A stretch of 64,000 nucleotides of DNA from an uncultured Planctomycetota bacterium (lineage in GTDB: Bacteria; Planctomycetota; PLA2; JAEUHO01), in NCBI GenBank assembly GCA_963752285.1, contig CAVVXN010000005.1, positions 2,272,001-2,336,000 on the forward strand, read 5' to 3'. The notes below the pieces were generated by a model. It did no database searches, was not told the DNA's origin, and saw only the letters and a program-made list of their open reading frames with translations. The first letter of the stretch is position 1. Each line of letters starts with the position of its first letter. Shown here piece after piece: positions 56,817-64,000 of this stretch. The translations under genes were made by a program, and so were the position numbers.

Positions 56817-59426
56817 TTGTTGAACCCGGACCAGCTGACCCACAAGAGCCGCGAGGCGCTCCAGGCCGCCCACGAGAGCGCGGCGGCGTCGGGACATCCG
56901 GAGCTCACTCCGGAACACCTCCTCCTGGCGCTCCTCGGGCAGTCGGGCGGCATCGTCCCCGCGGTGCTCGGACGCACGGGCACCGACGTCCAGGCGCTCG
57001 AGGTGCTCGTCCGCCGCGAGCTCGAACGCCTTCCGCGCCAGGAGGGCGGCTCGACGCCCCGGCCCTCGCGCCGGCTCGGCGACGCCCTCGAGCGGGCCGC
57101 GAAGATCGCGAAGAAGGGCGGGGAGGCGTACGTCTCGGCCGAACACCTGCTCCTGGGCCTCCTCGCGGAGGGGAAGGGCGCGGCGTACGACCTCCTCCGC
57201 ACGCACGGCGCGACCGCCGAGGCGGTGGAGCGGGCGACGGGCGAGCTCAAGGGCGCGCAGAAGGCGACGGACGCCGACCCCGAGGGCCGCTACGCCGCGC
57301 TCGAGAAGTACACGCTCGACCTCACGGAGCGGGCGCGCCAGGGCAAGATCGACCCCGTGATCGGACGCGACGAGGAGATCCGTCGCGTGATGCAGGTGCT
57401 CACGAGGCGCACGAAGAACAATCCCGTGCTGATCGGCGCGCCGGGCACGGGCAAGACGGCGATCGTCGAGGGGCTCGCGCGGCGCATCGTCGCCGGCGAC
57501 GTCCCCGAGCAGCTCAAGGACAAGCGACTCCTCGCGCTCGACCTCGGATCCCTCCTCGCCGGGTCCAAGTACCGCGGCGAGTTCGAGGAGCGCATGAAGG
57601 CCGTGCTGAAGGAGATCGAGGCCTCGGCCGGCGAGGTCGTGCTCTTCATCGACGAGCTCCACACGATCGTGGGCGCCGGCGCGGCGGAGGGCGCCGCGGA
57701 CGCGGCGAACCTGTTGAAGCCCGCGCTGGCGCGTGGCGACCTGCACTGCGTCGGCGCGACCACGCTCGACGAGTACCGCAAGCACGTCGAGAAGGACAAG
57801 GCCCTCGAGCGGCGGTTCCAGCCCGTCTTCGTGGACGAGCCGGGCTTCGAGGAGAGCATCGCGATCCTCCGTGGCCTGAAGGAGCGCTACGAGGTGCACC
57901 ACGGGGTGCGCATCACCGACGCCGCGGTCGTCGCGGCCGTACGTCTCTCGACCCGCTACCTCCCCGACCGCAAGCTCCCGGACAAGGCGATCGACCTGGT
58001 GGACGAGGCCGCGAGCGCGCTCCGGCTCGAGATCGACTCCGTGCCGAAGGAGCTCGACGCGATCCAACGCCAGATCTCGCGCCTCGAGATGGAACGGTTC
58101 GCGCTCGCCAAGGAGAAGGACCGCGCGAGCAAGGAGCGGCTCCAGGCGCTCGAGAAGGAGCTGGCCGACCAGCACGAGCGGGAGACGGCGCTCAAGACGC
58201 AGTGGGACGCCGAGCGGTCGCAGCTCCACGACGTCCAGGCGCTCAAGGAGCAGCTCGAGCAGGGTCGCGAGCGCCAACACCTCCTGGAGCGGCAAGGCAA
58301 CCTCGAGGAGGCCGCGCGCCTCCGCTACGAGGTGATCCCGTCCCTCGAGCGCCGGATCGGCGACGCCGAGGCGCAGCTTCGCCGCCACGGCGACAGAAGG
58401 CTCCTCAAGGAGGAGGTGGGCGAGGAGGAGATCGCCGAGGTCGTGTCGCGGTGGACGGGAATCCCCGTCTCGCGGATGCTCGAGTCCGAGAGCGACCGGT
58501 TGCTCCACATGGAGGACCGCCTGCGCCAGCGCGTCGTCGGGCAGGACGACGCCCTCGAGGCCGTCTCGGACGCGATCCGCCGCAGCCGCGCGGGGCTCAC
58601 GTCGGGGACACGCCCGTACGGGTCGTTCCTCTTCGTCGGTCCGACCGGCGTCGGCAAGACCGAGACCGCGCGGGCTCTCGCCGGGTTCCTCTTCGACGAC
58701 GAGAAGGCGATGGTGCGCATCGACATGAGCGAGTACCAGGAGCGCCACACGGTCGCGCGCCTGGTGGGCGCGCCTCCGGGGTACGTCGGCTACGAGGAGG
58801 GCGGACAGCTCACCGAAGCGGTGCGCCGGCGCCCCTATTCGGTCGTGCTCTTCGACGAGATCGAGAAGGCCCACCCCGAGGTCTTCAACGCGCTGCTCCA
58901 AGTTCTCGACGACGGACGTCTGACCGACGGCCAGGGTCGCACCGTGGACTTCACGAACACCGTCGTGATCATGACGAGCAACCTCGGCAGCCAGGCCGTG
59001 ATGGAACCCGACCTCTCCGACGAGGCGATCCGCCACCGCATCATGGACGCGCTCCGCGCCGCGTTCCGGCCCGAGTTCCTGAACCGGATCGACGACGTGA
59101 TCGTGTTCCACCGACTCGACCGCGACCAGATCCGGAAGGTCGTGGACATCCAGCTCGAGAGCCTCGCCGCGCTCGTGAGCGAGCGGGGGATCGAGCTCCG
59201 GGTCACGGATGCCGCGAAGGACCGCCTCGCGGAGGAGGGCTTCGACCCGATCTACGGGGCGCGCCCCCTGCGCCGCCTGATCCAGCGCAAGATCCAGAAC
59301 GGCCTCGCAAAGCGGATCCTCGACGGCGAGATCGGGCTCGGGGACACGGTGCGGGTGGACGTCGCGGGCGACGACCTCGTCTTCGAGAAGACCGTCTCCG
59401 AAACGACGGGACTCCCCACCGGCTGA
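56817..59426 (+). CDS. clpB: Chaperone ClpB
   Basis: Two AAA+ modules ([16 protein letters not shown]), full coiled-coil M domain, [12 protein letters not shown] start after GAGGAG. Confidence 0.97.
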   Translation: MLNPDQLTHKSREALQAAHESAAASGHPELTPEHLLLALLGQSGGIVPAVLGRTGTDVQALEVLVRRELERLPRQEGGSTPRPSRRLGDALERAAKIAKKGGEAYVSAEHLLLGLLAEGKGAAYDLLRTHGATAEAVERATGELKGAQKATDADPEGRYAALEKYTLDLTERARQGKIDPVIGRDEEIRRVMQVLTRRTKNNPVLIGAPGTGKTAIVEGLARRIVAGDVPEQLKDKRLLALDLGSLLAGSKYRGEFEERMKAVLKEIEASAGEVVLFIDELHTIVGAGAAEGAADAANLLKPALARGDLHCVGATTLDEYRKHVEKDKALERRFQPVFVDEPGFEESIAILRGLKERYEVHHGVRITDAAVVAAVRLSTRYLPDRKLPDKAIDLVDEAASALRLEIDSVPKELDAIQRQISRLEMERFALAKEKDRASKERLQALEKELADQHERETALKTQWDAERSQLHDVQALKEQLEQGRERQHLLERQGNLEEAARLRYEVIPSLERRIGDAEAQLRRHGDRRLLKEEVGEEEIAEVVSRWTGIPVSRMLESESDRLLHMEDRLRQRVVGQDDALEAVSDAIRRSRAGLTSGTRPYGSFLFVGPTGVGKTETARALAGFLFDDEKAMVRIDMSEYQERHTVARLVGAPPGYVGYEEGGQLTEAVRRRPYSVVLFDEIEKAHPEVFNALLQVLDDGRLTDGQGRTVDFTNTVVIMTSNLGSQAVMEPDLSDEAIRHRIMDALRAAFRPEFLNRIDDVIVFHRLDRDQIRKVVDIQLESLAALVSERGIELRVTDAAKDRLAEEGFDPIYGARPLRRLIQRKIQNGLAKRILDGEIGLGDTVRVDVAGDDLVFEKTVSETTGLPTG

Positions 59427-59445
59427 GACCGGGTGGGGAGCCCCG
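59407..59445. terminator. Hairpin over the clpB stop, between convergent genes
   Basis: CGGGACTCCCCACC...GGTGGGGAGCCCCG inverted repeat; weak U-tract. Confidence 0.55.
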
Positions 59446-59493
59446 TTCGGGACCGATGGAGGCCGTGCGCGAGGACGGCGGGCGGTCGGGCGT

Positions 59494-60150
59494 TCAGCTC
59501 GCGCTCGGCGCGGCGCCGCGAGCGCCGTCCGCGCCGTGACGGTGCCTCCACCGGAGGAACCGGCGGCCGCGCGGGCTTCGCTCGAACGCGCGCCGGGCGG
59601 CCGCCTTCTCGGCGTCGTCCAGGGTGCCGTCGTGGTTCGCGTCGAAGCGCTCGAGGATCCGGGCGTGGGCCTTCTCCTTGGCAGCGGCCTTCTCCTCGTC
59701 GCTGACCGTGCCGTCGTGGTTCGTGTCGAGGCGGTCGAGGATGCGCGCGCGGACCCGGTCCTTCGCGGCGGCCTTCTCGGCGTCGCTGACCACGCCGTCG
59801 TGGTCGGTGTCGAGCCTCTCCTTCACCCTCTCGAGGAACCGCGCGTGCATCGCAGCCCGCATCTTCTCGCGCTCCGCGGCGTCGAGCCTCCCGTCACCGT
59901 TCTCGTCGAACTCGCGGAGCGCCTGGGCGCGACGCTCGGCGCGCGCCTTCTCCATGGTCTCGCGCGCGGCGGCGCGCTCCGATTCGTCGAGCGTGCCGTC
60001 GTGGTTGGTGTCGAACCGCTCGAGCGCCCGCGGACACGCTGCGCGCGCGCGCGGTCCGCGTGTGGCACGACCGCCCGGATCGGCCGACGCTCCCGGCGCG
60101 AGGTAGAGGGCCGCCGCGCCCACGGCCACGAAGATTCCCAGGCGTCGCAT
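59494..60150 (-). CDS. Secreted EF-hand repeat protein
   Basis: AAGGAG RBS; signal peptide ...APGASA|D; five Dx(N/D)xDG loops (DTNHDGTLDESE, DENGDGRLDAAE, DTDHDGVVSDAE, DTNHDGTVSDEE, DANHDGTLDDAE). Confidence 0.9.
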   Translation of the reverse strand: MRRLGIFVAVGAAALYLAPGASADPGGRATRGPRARAACPRALERFDTNHDGTLDESERAAARETMEKARAERRAQALREFDENGDGRLDAAEREKMRAAMHARFLERVKERLDTDHDGVVSDAEKAAAKDRVRARILDRLDTNHDGTVSDEEKAAAKEKAHARILERFDANHDGTLDDAEKAAARRAFERSPRGRRFLRWRHRHGADGARGAAPSAS

Positions 60151-60203
60151 CTTCTTGCTCCTTGTTCGTGCGTCCACGTCGTTCTCGACGTCGAGCGCGA
60201 CTC

Positions 60204-60281
60204 CGATCTCGATCTCGATCTCGATGTCGATGTCGATCGCGATCTCGATCTCGATGTCGATGTCGATGTCGATGTCGATGT
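60204..60281. repeat. Hexamer tandem repeat, 13 units of CGAT(C/G)T
   Basis: CGATCT x3, CGATGT x2, CGATCG, CGATCT x2, CGATGT x5. Confidence 0.92.
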
Positions 60282-60470
60282 CGCAGCCAGGATCGAGGTC
60301 GCGAGCACGGCCACCCGCGCGGTCGCATCCGCGATCGCGGTGCCCCCCCTGATACCCGCCCCGCGCCCGACGGTTTCGGCCCCGTTTCCGCCCTCGTGCC
60401 CGCCCCTTCTCCCCCCCTTCTCGCCGCCATTCCCGCCGCCCTTCTCGCCACGGTCTCCCCGACTCGCCGC

Positions 60471-60650
60471 GTTCCCCCGTCCCGCGTCGTCCGCCCGTCC
60501 GCCCCCGTCCGCCCGTCTCGCACCGTCCCCCGGTACCGCGCCGTCCCCCGGTACCGCGCCGTCCCCCGGTACCGCGCCGTCCGCCCGTCCCGCACGATCC
60601 GCCCATCCCGCACGATTCGCGCGTCCCGCACGATGCGCCCGCCCCGCGCG
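60471..60650. repeat. 18-bp tandem repeat, about 10 diverging units
   Basis: Three identical GTCCCCCGGTACCGCGCC at 60525, 60543, 60561, flanked by in-register variants such as GTCCGCCCGTCCCGCACG. Confidence 0.88.
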
Positions 60651-60783
60651 GTCCGGCCCCCTTCGCCGCTCCCCTTCCCCCTTGCCCCGCGACCCTTGCC
60701 CCGCGCCCCGCCGCGCTCTCGATCTCCGCCGTGGCGCATCCGCCGCAACGAACCCCAAGTGCGCCCGCTCCTCTGCATACGTC

Positions 60784-60810
60784 CATCGCACGAGGCGCGT
60801 CACCGGTCAC
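60784..60810 (-). promoter_or_regulatory. Candidate ECF-type promoter facing the EF-hand gene
   Basis: GTGACC-N16-CGATG; matches the motif at 61032. Confidence 0.5.
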
Positions 60811-61031
60811 ATGCGGCCGCACGCGGTTGGCACCGGGTCCGCACCGGGTGCCTGCCCGGCCCCCGCCCAGTCCCCACCCGGCTCCCGTCCGGCTTCCGGC
60901 TGGGCACACGCCCGATCCTTACCCGGACGGGGGTCCGACTCTTGGCCGCTCTTCGGACTCCGCGACGCGCTCCGTGCTTGACCCGGCGATCGTGTCCCGC
61001 GTAGAGCAGTGCTCGCGAAGAGGGGGGCCGC

Positions 61032-61058
61032 GTGACCACCCGCGCCGCTCGCGCGGTG
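61032..61058 (+). promoter_or_regulatory. Candidate autoregulatory ECF-type promoter
   Basis: GTGACC-N16-CGGTG, 43 nt before the ECF ATG. Confidence 0.5.
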
Positions 61059-61101
61059 TACCTCCCGCGGCCCCCGTCGAGCGGGGGCCCACGGGAGGCG
61101 C

Positions 61102-61737
61102 ATGGACCCTCGACTCGACGATGCGGTCCGCCGTGCCCGTGCCGGGGACCCGCGGGCGTTTCGGCAGGTCGCGGAACGCATGGCGCCGGACCTCGTCCGG
61201 TACCTGACCTTCTATCTCGGCGGCGACTTCCACGCCGCGCACGACGTCGCACAAGACGTCCTGATCGGAGCGTGGGACGCGCTCTCGGGCATCACCGACG
61301 CGACGCATCTCCGACGATGGTGCTACCGCGTCGGCCGGTGCCGCGCCGTGAGCTGGCTCCGCCGGCGCGGGCCACGTGGGCTGCGCCCCGAGTCGCTCGA
61401 CGCCGTCCAGGACGACGTCCGATCCCCGCTCGCGCCCGCCGCGACGCCCCGCCCCGAGCCCGACCAGGTGGAGCGCGCGCTTCAGAAGGCGCTTCGGACC
61501 CTGCCGCCCACCTACGCGGGGCCGATCCACCTGCACTACGTACGAGGCCTCAGCACGCGTGAGACGGCTGAGCTCCTCGGCCTCACGCAGAGTACGGTGA
61601 AGATGCGACTTCACCGCGCGCGCACGATGCTTCGCCGCGAGATCGACCGCGAGATCGAACGCGAGACCGACAGCCCGCCCCGGAGCGGGAACGGAGACGT
61701 CCACCATGAGAACCGCCCACCCCCCCGCGCCCCTTGA
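61102..61737 (+). CDS. ECF sigma factor
   Basis: GDPRAFRQV, AHDVAQDV, WCYRV, GLSTRETAELLG...TVKMRLHRAR; GGGAGG RBS. Confidence 0.92.
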   Translation: MDPRLDDAVRRARAGDPRAFRQVAERMAPDLVRYLTFYLGGDFHAAHDVAQDVLIGAWDALSGITDATHLRRWCYRVGRCRAVSWLRRRGPRGLRPESLDAVQDDVRSPLAPAATPRPEPDQVERALQKALRTLPPTYAGPIHLHYVRGLSTRETAELLGLTQSTVKMRLHRARTMLRREIDREIERETDSPPRSGNGDVHHENRPPPRAP

Positions 61738-62050
61738 CGGATTCGAGCGTCGGCTGAGACGTCTCGGCTCCGAGGCGCGCCAGGCGCCCTTCGACTCCGC
61801 CCTCCCCCTGCGGGTCGAGGCCGAGGTGCGCCGGCGCCTCGGCCTTCCACCGCGCGGCGGCACGCGCGTGCTTCCGCTCCCGCTCGCGCTGCTCGCCGCC
61901 GTGCTCCTGGCTTTGGGTGCCTGGTGGCGCCCGCCGGTCCCGCGCGTCGGCCGCGCGGACGCCGCGGGGCCGCCCGCGAGCGCAGGCCCGGCCCTCCCGA
62001 ACCGGTCACGCGAGGCGACACCCGCGCGGTCTCGGACCTCCACGCCGTGA
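61706..62050 (+). CDS. Putative small anti-sigma factor (single TM)
   Basis: Overlaps the ECF 3' end; one hydrophobic helix LPLALLAAVLLALGAWW. Confidence 0.6.
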   Translation: MRTAHPPAPLDGFERRLRRLGSEARQAPFDSALPLRVEAEVRRRLGLPPRGGTRVLPLPLALLAAVLLALGAWWRPPVPRVGRADAAGPPASAGPALPNRSREATPARSRTSTP

Positions 62051-62796
62051 GCCGCGCCGGGCTCGGCACCGCGGCGCGCGGAATGGCGGCCGTCCTCCTC
62101 GTCCTCGCGTGCGCCGCCCAGGCCGCACGCGGCGGTCCCGTCGAGGCGCGCCGCCGGCTCGACGACGCCCGACACGTCGTCGGGGACGCCTGGGCGCCCA
62201 GGGTCCGGGCGTTTCGGCAGGCGATCGAGGCCGCGAACCCCACGGACCGGACGTACGCGCGGGCGATCGCGGGTGTCGCGTCGGCGCTCGAGCGGGCGGG
62301 GCTCGTCCACGGCGCGATCGCGTTCGCGGAACGACGGGCGCGTCTCGGCCCACGCCGCGACCGCGCGCGCCTCGACGCAACGATGGACCTCGCCCTCCTC
62401 CTCCGGCGCGAGGGCGATCTCGAGACGGCCGACCCCCTGCTCGACGAGGTCCTGGACCTCGCGCGGCCCGTCTCCGCGCACCTCGCAGACCGGGCACTGG
62501 AAGCGCGGAGCGAGGACGCGTTCGAGGCACGAGATCTCGCGGCGCTCCGCACGCTCTCACGGCGCGCAAGGAAGGAACGCGCCGCGCCATCGGTCCGCAT
62601 CGCGGTCCACGACGAGCTGGGGCGACTGCTCCTCCTCCGCGGCGACCGCCGCGGCGCCGCGCGCGCCCTCGAGGAGGCCGAGGCCGACTGGCGGGACGCC
62701 GCGCGCGAAGACGGCCCCGAGACCGCCCGGACCGCCCGACGCTGGCTCGACCTCGCGCTCCGCAGGCGCCTCGCGACGACGGGGGATGCCGAATGA
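62047..62796 (+). CDS. Exported TPR-like hypothetical protein
   Basis: GTGA overlap; signal-like segment; LALLLRREGDLETA and LGRLLLLRGDRRGA helices. Confidence 0.6.
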   Translation: MSRAGLGTAARGMAAVLLVLACAAQAARGGPVEARRRLDDARHVVGDAWAPRVRAFRQAIEAANPTDRTYARAIAGVASALERAGLVHGAIAFAERRARLGPRRDRARLDATMDLALLLRREGDLETADPLLDEVLDLARPVSAHLADRALEARSEDAFEARDLAALRTLSRRARKERAAPSVRIAVHDELGRLLLLRGDRRGAARALEEAEADWRDAAREDGPETARTARRWLDLALRRRLATTGDAE

Positions 62797-62834
62797 ATCG
62801 GCAGCGCGCGGTCCACCCGCGCCGAGTGGACGGC

Positions 62835-64000
62835 CTACGTGGTGCGCGCCGACGCCGGACGCGGGGCGGCGGTTCCGCGCCGTCCCATGCCGTGGTGCTC
62901 GAAACCAGCGGCCTCGAGCCTCTTCGAGTCGTAGAGGTTTCGCCCATCGAACACGACGGGCGTGCGGACGAGTCCCCGCAGGCGGTTCCAGTCGGGCTGA
63001 CGGTACTCGTTCCATTCCGTGCAGAGGACGATCGCGTCCGCGCCCTGGGCGGCCTCGTAGGGGCCGGGCGCGTATTCGATCTCGACGGGGACGACAGCCC
63101 GGAAGCCCGACTCCGCCTCGGGGTCGGTCCCGACGACCGACGCACCGGCCTCGACCAGGGCCTCCGCCACCACGAGGGCCGGCGCCTCGCGCACGTCGTC
63201 GGTCTGCGGCTTGAATGCCAGTCCCCAGAGAGCGACACGGCGGCCGCGCAGGTCGGGGCCGAGACGCTCCTTCACCTTGTCGGCGAGCCGCGCCTTCTGC
63301 TGATCGTTGATGCGCTCGGTCGCGGTGACGATCTCCATGGGAACGCCGTACCGATGGCCCACGTGGATCAGCCCTTGCGTGTCCTTGGGAAAGCACGACC
63401 CGCCGTATCCGCAGCCCGAATAGAGAAAGGCGGGCCCGATCCGCGAGTCGCTGGCGAGACCGCGGCGCACCTGCTCGATGTCCACGCCCACGGCGTCGCA
63501 GACGCGGGAGATCTCGTTCATGAACGAGATGCGCGTCGCGAGCATGGCGTTCGCGGCGTACTTCGTGAGCTCGGCCGCCTGGTTGCTCATGCGGAGGATC
63601 GGGCGCCCGGAGCGCACGAAGGGGTCGTAGAGCTCCTGCATGACCTCCCAGGCGTGGTCGTCGTCGGTTCCGATCACGACGCGGTCGGGACGAAGGAAGT
63701 CATCGACCGCGGCCCCCTCTTTCAGGAACTCGGGGTTGTTGACCACCGAGACCGGCCGCTCCGTCCGCGACACGGCGCGGTCGCGGACCCAGGCCGCGGT
63801 GCCGACGGGGACCGTGCTCTTGAGGACGAGGACGAGGGGGCCGTCGGCGTGCTTCACCACGTCGTCCACGGCCGCACCCACGTACTGGAGGTCCGGCGCG
63901 CCGTCGGGTCCCTCCGGCGTCCCGACCGCGATGAAGACGACCGCGGCCCCCTTGACGGCCACAGCGTGGTCCGTGGTGAACGCGATCCGGCCCTCGCGCT
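62835..64000 (-). CDS. ugd: UDP-glucose 6-dehydrogenase, 5' end beyond the window
   Basis: IAVGTP, KSTVPVG, NPEFLKEG, KYAAN, GYGGSCFPKD, GLAFKPQTDDVRE, DGRN. Confidence 0.95.
   Translation of the reverse strand, partial: REGRIAFTTDHAVAVKGAAVVFIAVGTPEGPDGAPDLQYVGAAVDDVVKHADGPLVLVLKSTVPVGTAAWVRDRAVSRTERPVSVVNNPEFLKEGAAVDDFLRPDRVVIGTDDDHAWEVMQELYDPFVRSGRPILRMSNQAAELTKYAANAMLATRISFMNEISRVCDAVGVDIEQVRRGLASDSRIGPAFLYSGCGYGGSCFPKDTQGLIHVGHRYGVPMEIVTATERINDQQKARLADKVKERLGPDLRGRRVALWGLAFKPQTDDVREAPALVVAEALVEAGASVVGTDPEAESGFRAVVPVEIEYAPGPYEAAQGADAIVLCTEWNEYRQPDWNRLRGLVRTPVVFDGRNLYDSKRLEAAGFEHHGMGRRGTAAPRPASARTT

Noticed and set aside
60471..60650. CRISPR array
   Set aside because: Contiguous 18-bp units with no unique spacers and no cas genes.
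60828..60843. Sigma54 promoter TGGCAC-N5-CCGC upstream of the ECF gene
   Set aside because: The -12 element deviates from TTGC and such matches are common in GC-rich DNA.
60151..60909. 471-aa extended form of the EF-hand protein
   Set aside because: The extension is repeat-derived; a strong AAGGAG RBS and a signal peptide begin at 60150.

Overview
Very GC-rich (roughly three-quarters GC by eye), densely coding bacterial chromosome segment with about 60 CDS and one tRNA-Arg(CCG). I found no rRNA, CRISPR array, integrase, transposase or prophage gene. The long-form GreA, ECF sigma/anti-sigma cassettes, HEAT-repeat proteins and eukaryote-like citrate synthase suggest, by inference only, a PVC-superphylum (Planctomycetota-like) organism. 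Recognisable modules: xth, citrate synthase, an ArsR-methyltransferase (SahR-like) regulator with metH, a leucine/methylcrotonyl-CoA catabolic operon with a split alpha subunit, scattered homologues of 2-aminobenzoyl-CoA (abm-type) pathway genes plus kynA, a Cys-less thiolase/DUF35 pair, a DEGS1-like sphingolipid desaturase, a helical-protein/HD-GYP pair, a hybrid kinase, moaA, greA, rluB, rsmD, pdxJ-dapA, hsp20-clpB and ugd. Non-coding signals: about 11 genes have a TAnnnT -10 box directly before the start codon (leaderless-type architecture); an operator palindrome sits on the SahR-like start codon; a sigma54-type promoter precedes hsp20-clpB; and two matching divergent ECF-type promoters lie in a repeat-rich ~950 bp intergenic region. 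Two apparent single-base deletions (kynA, rluB) look like assembly indels. All assignments are from motif recognition by eye; no database searches were run.
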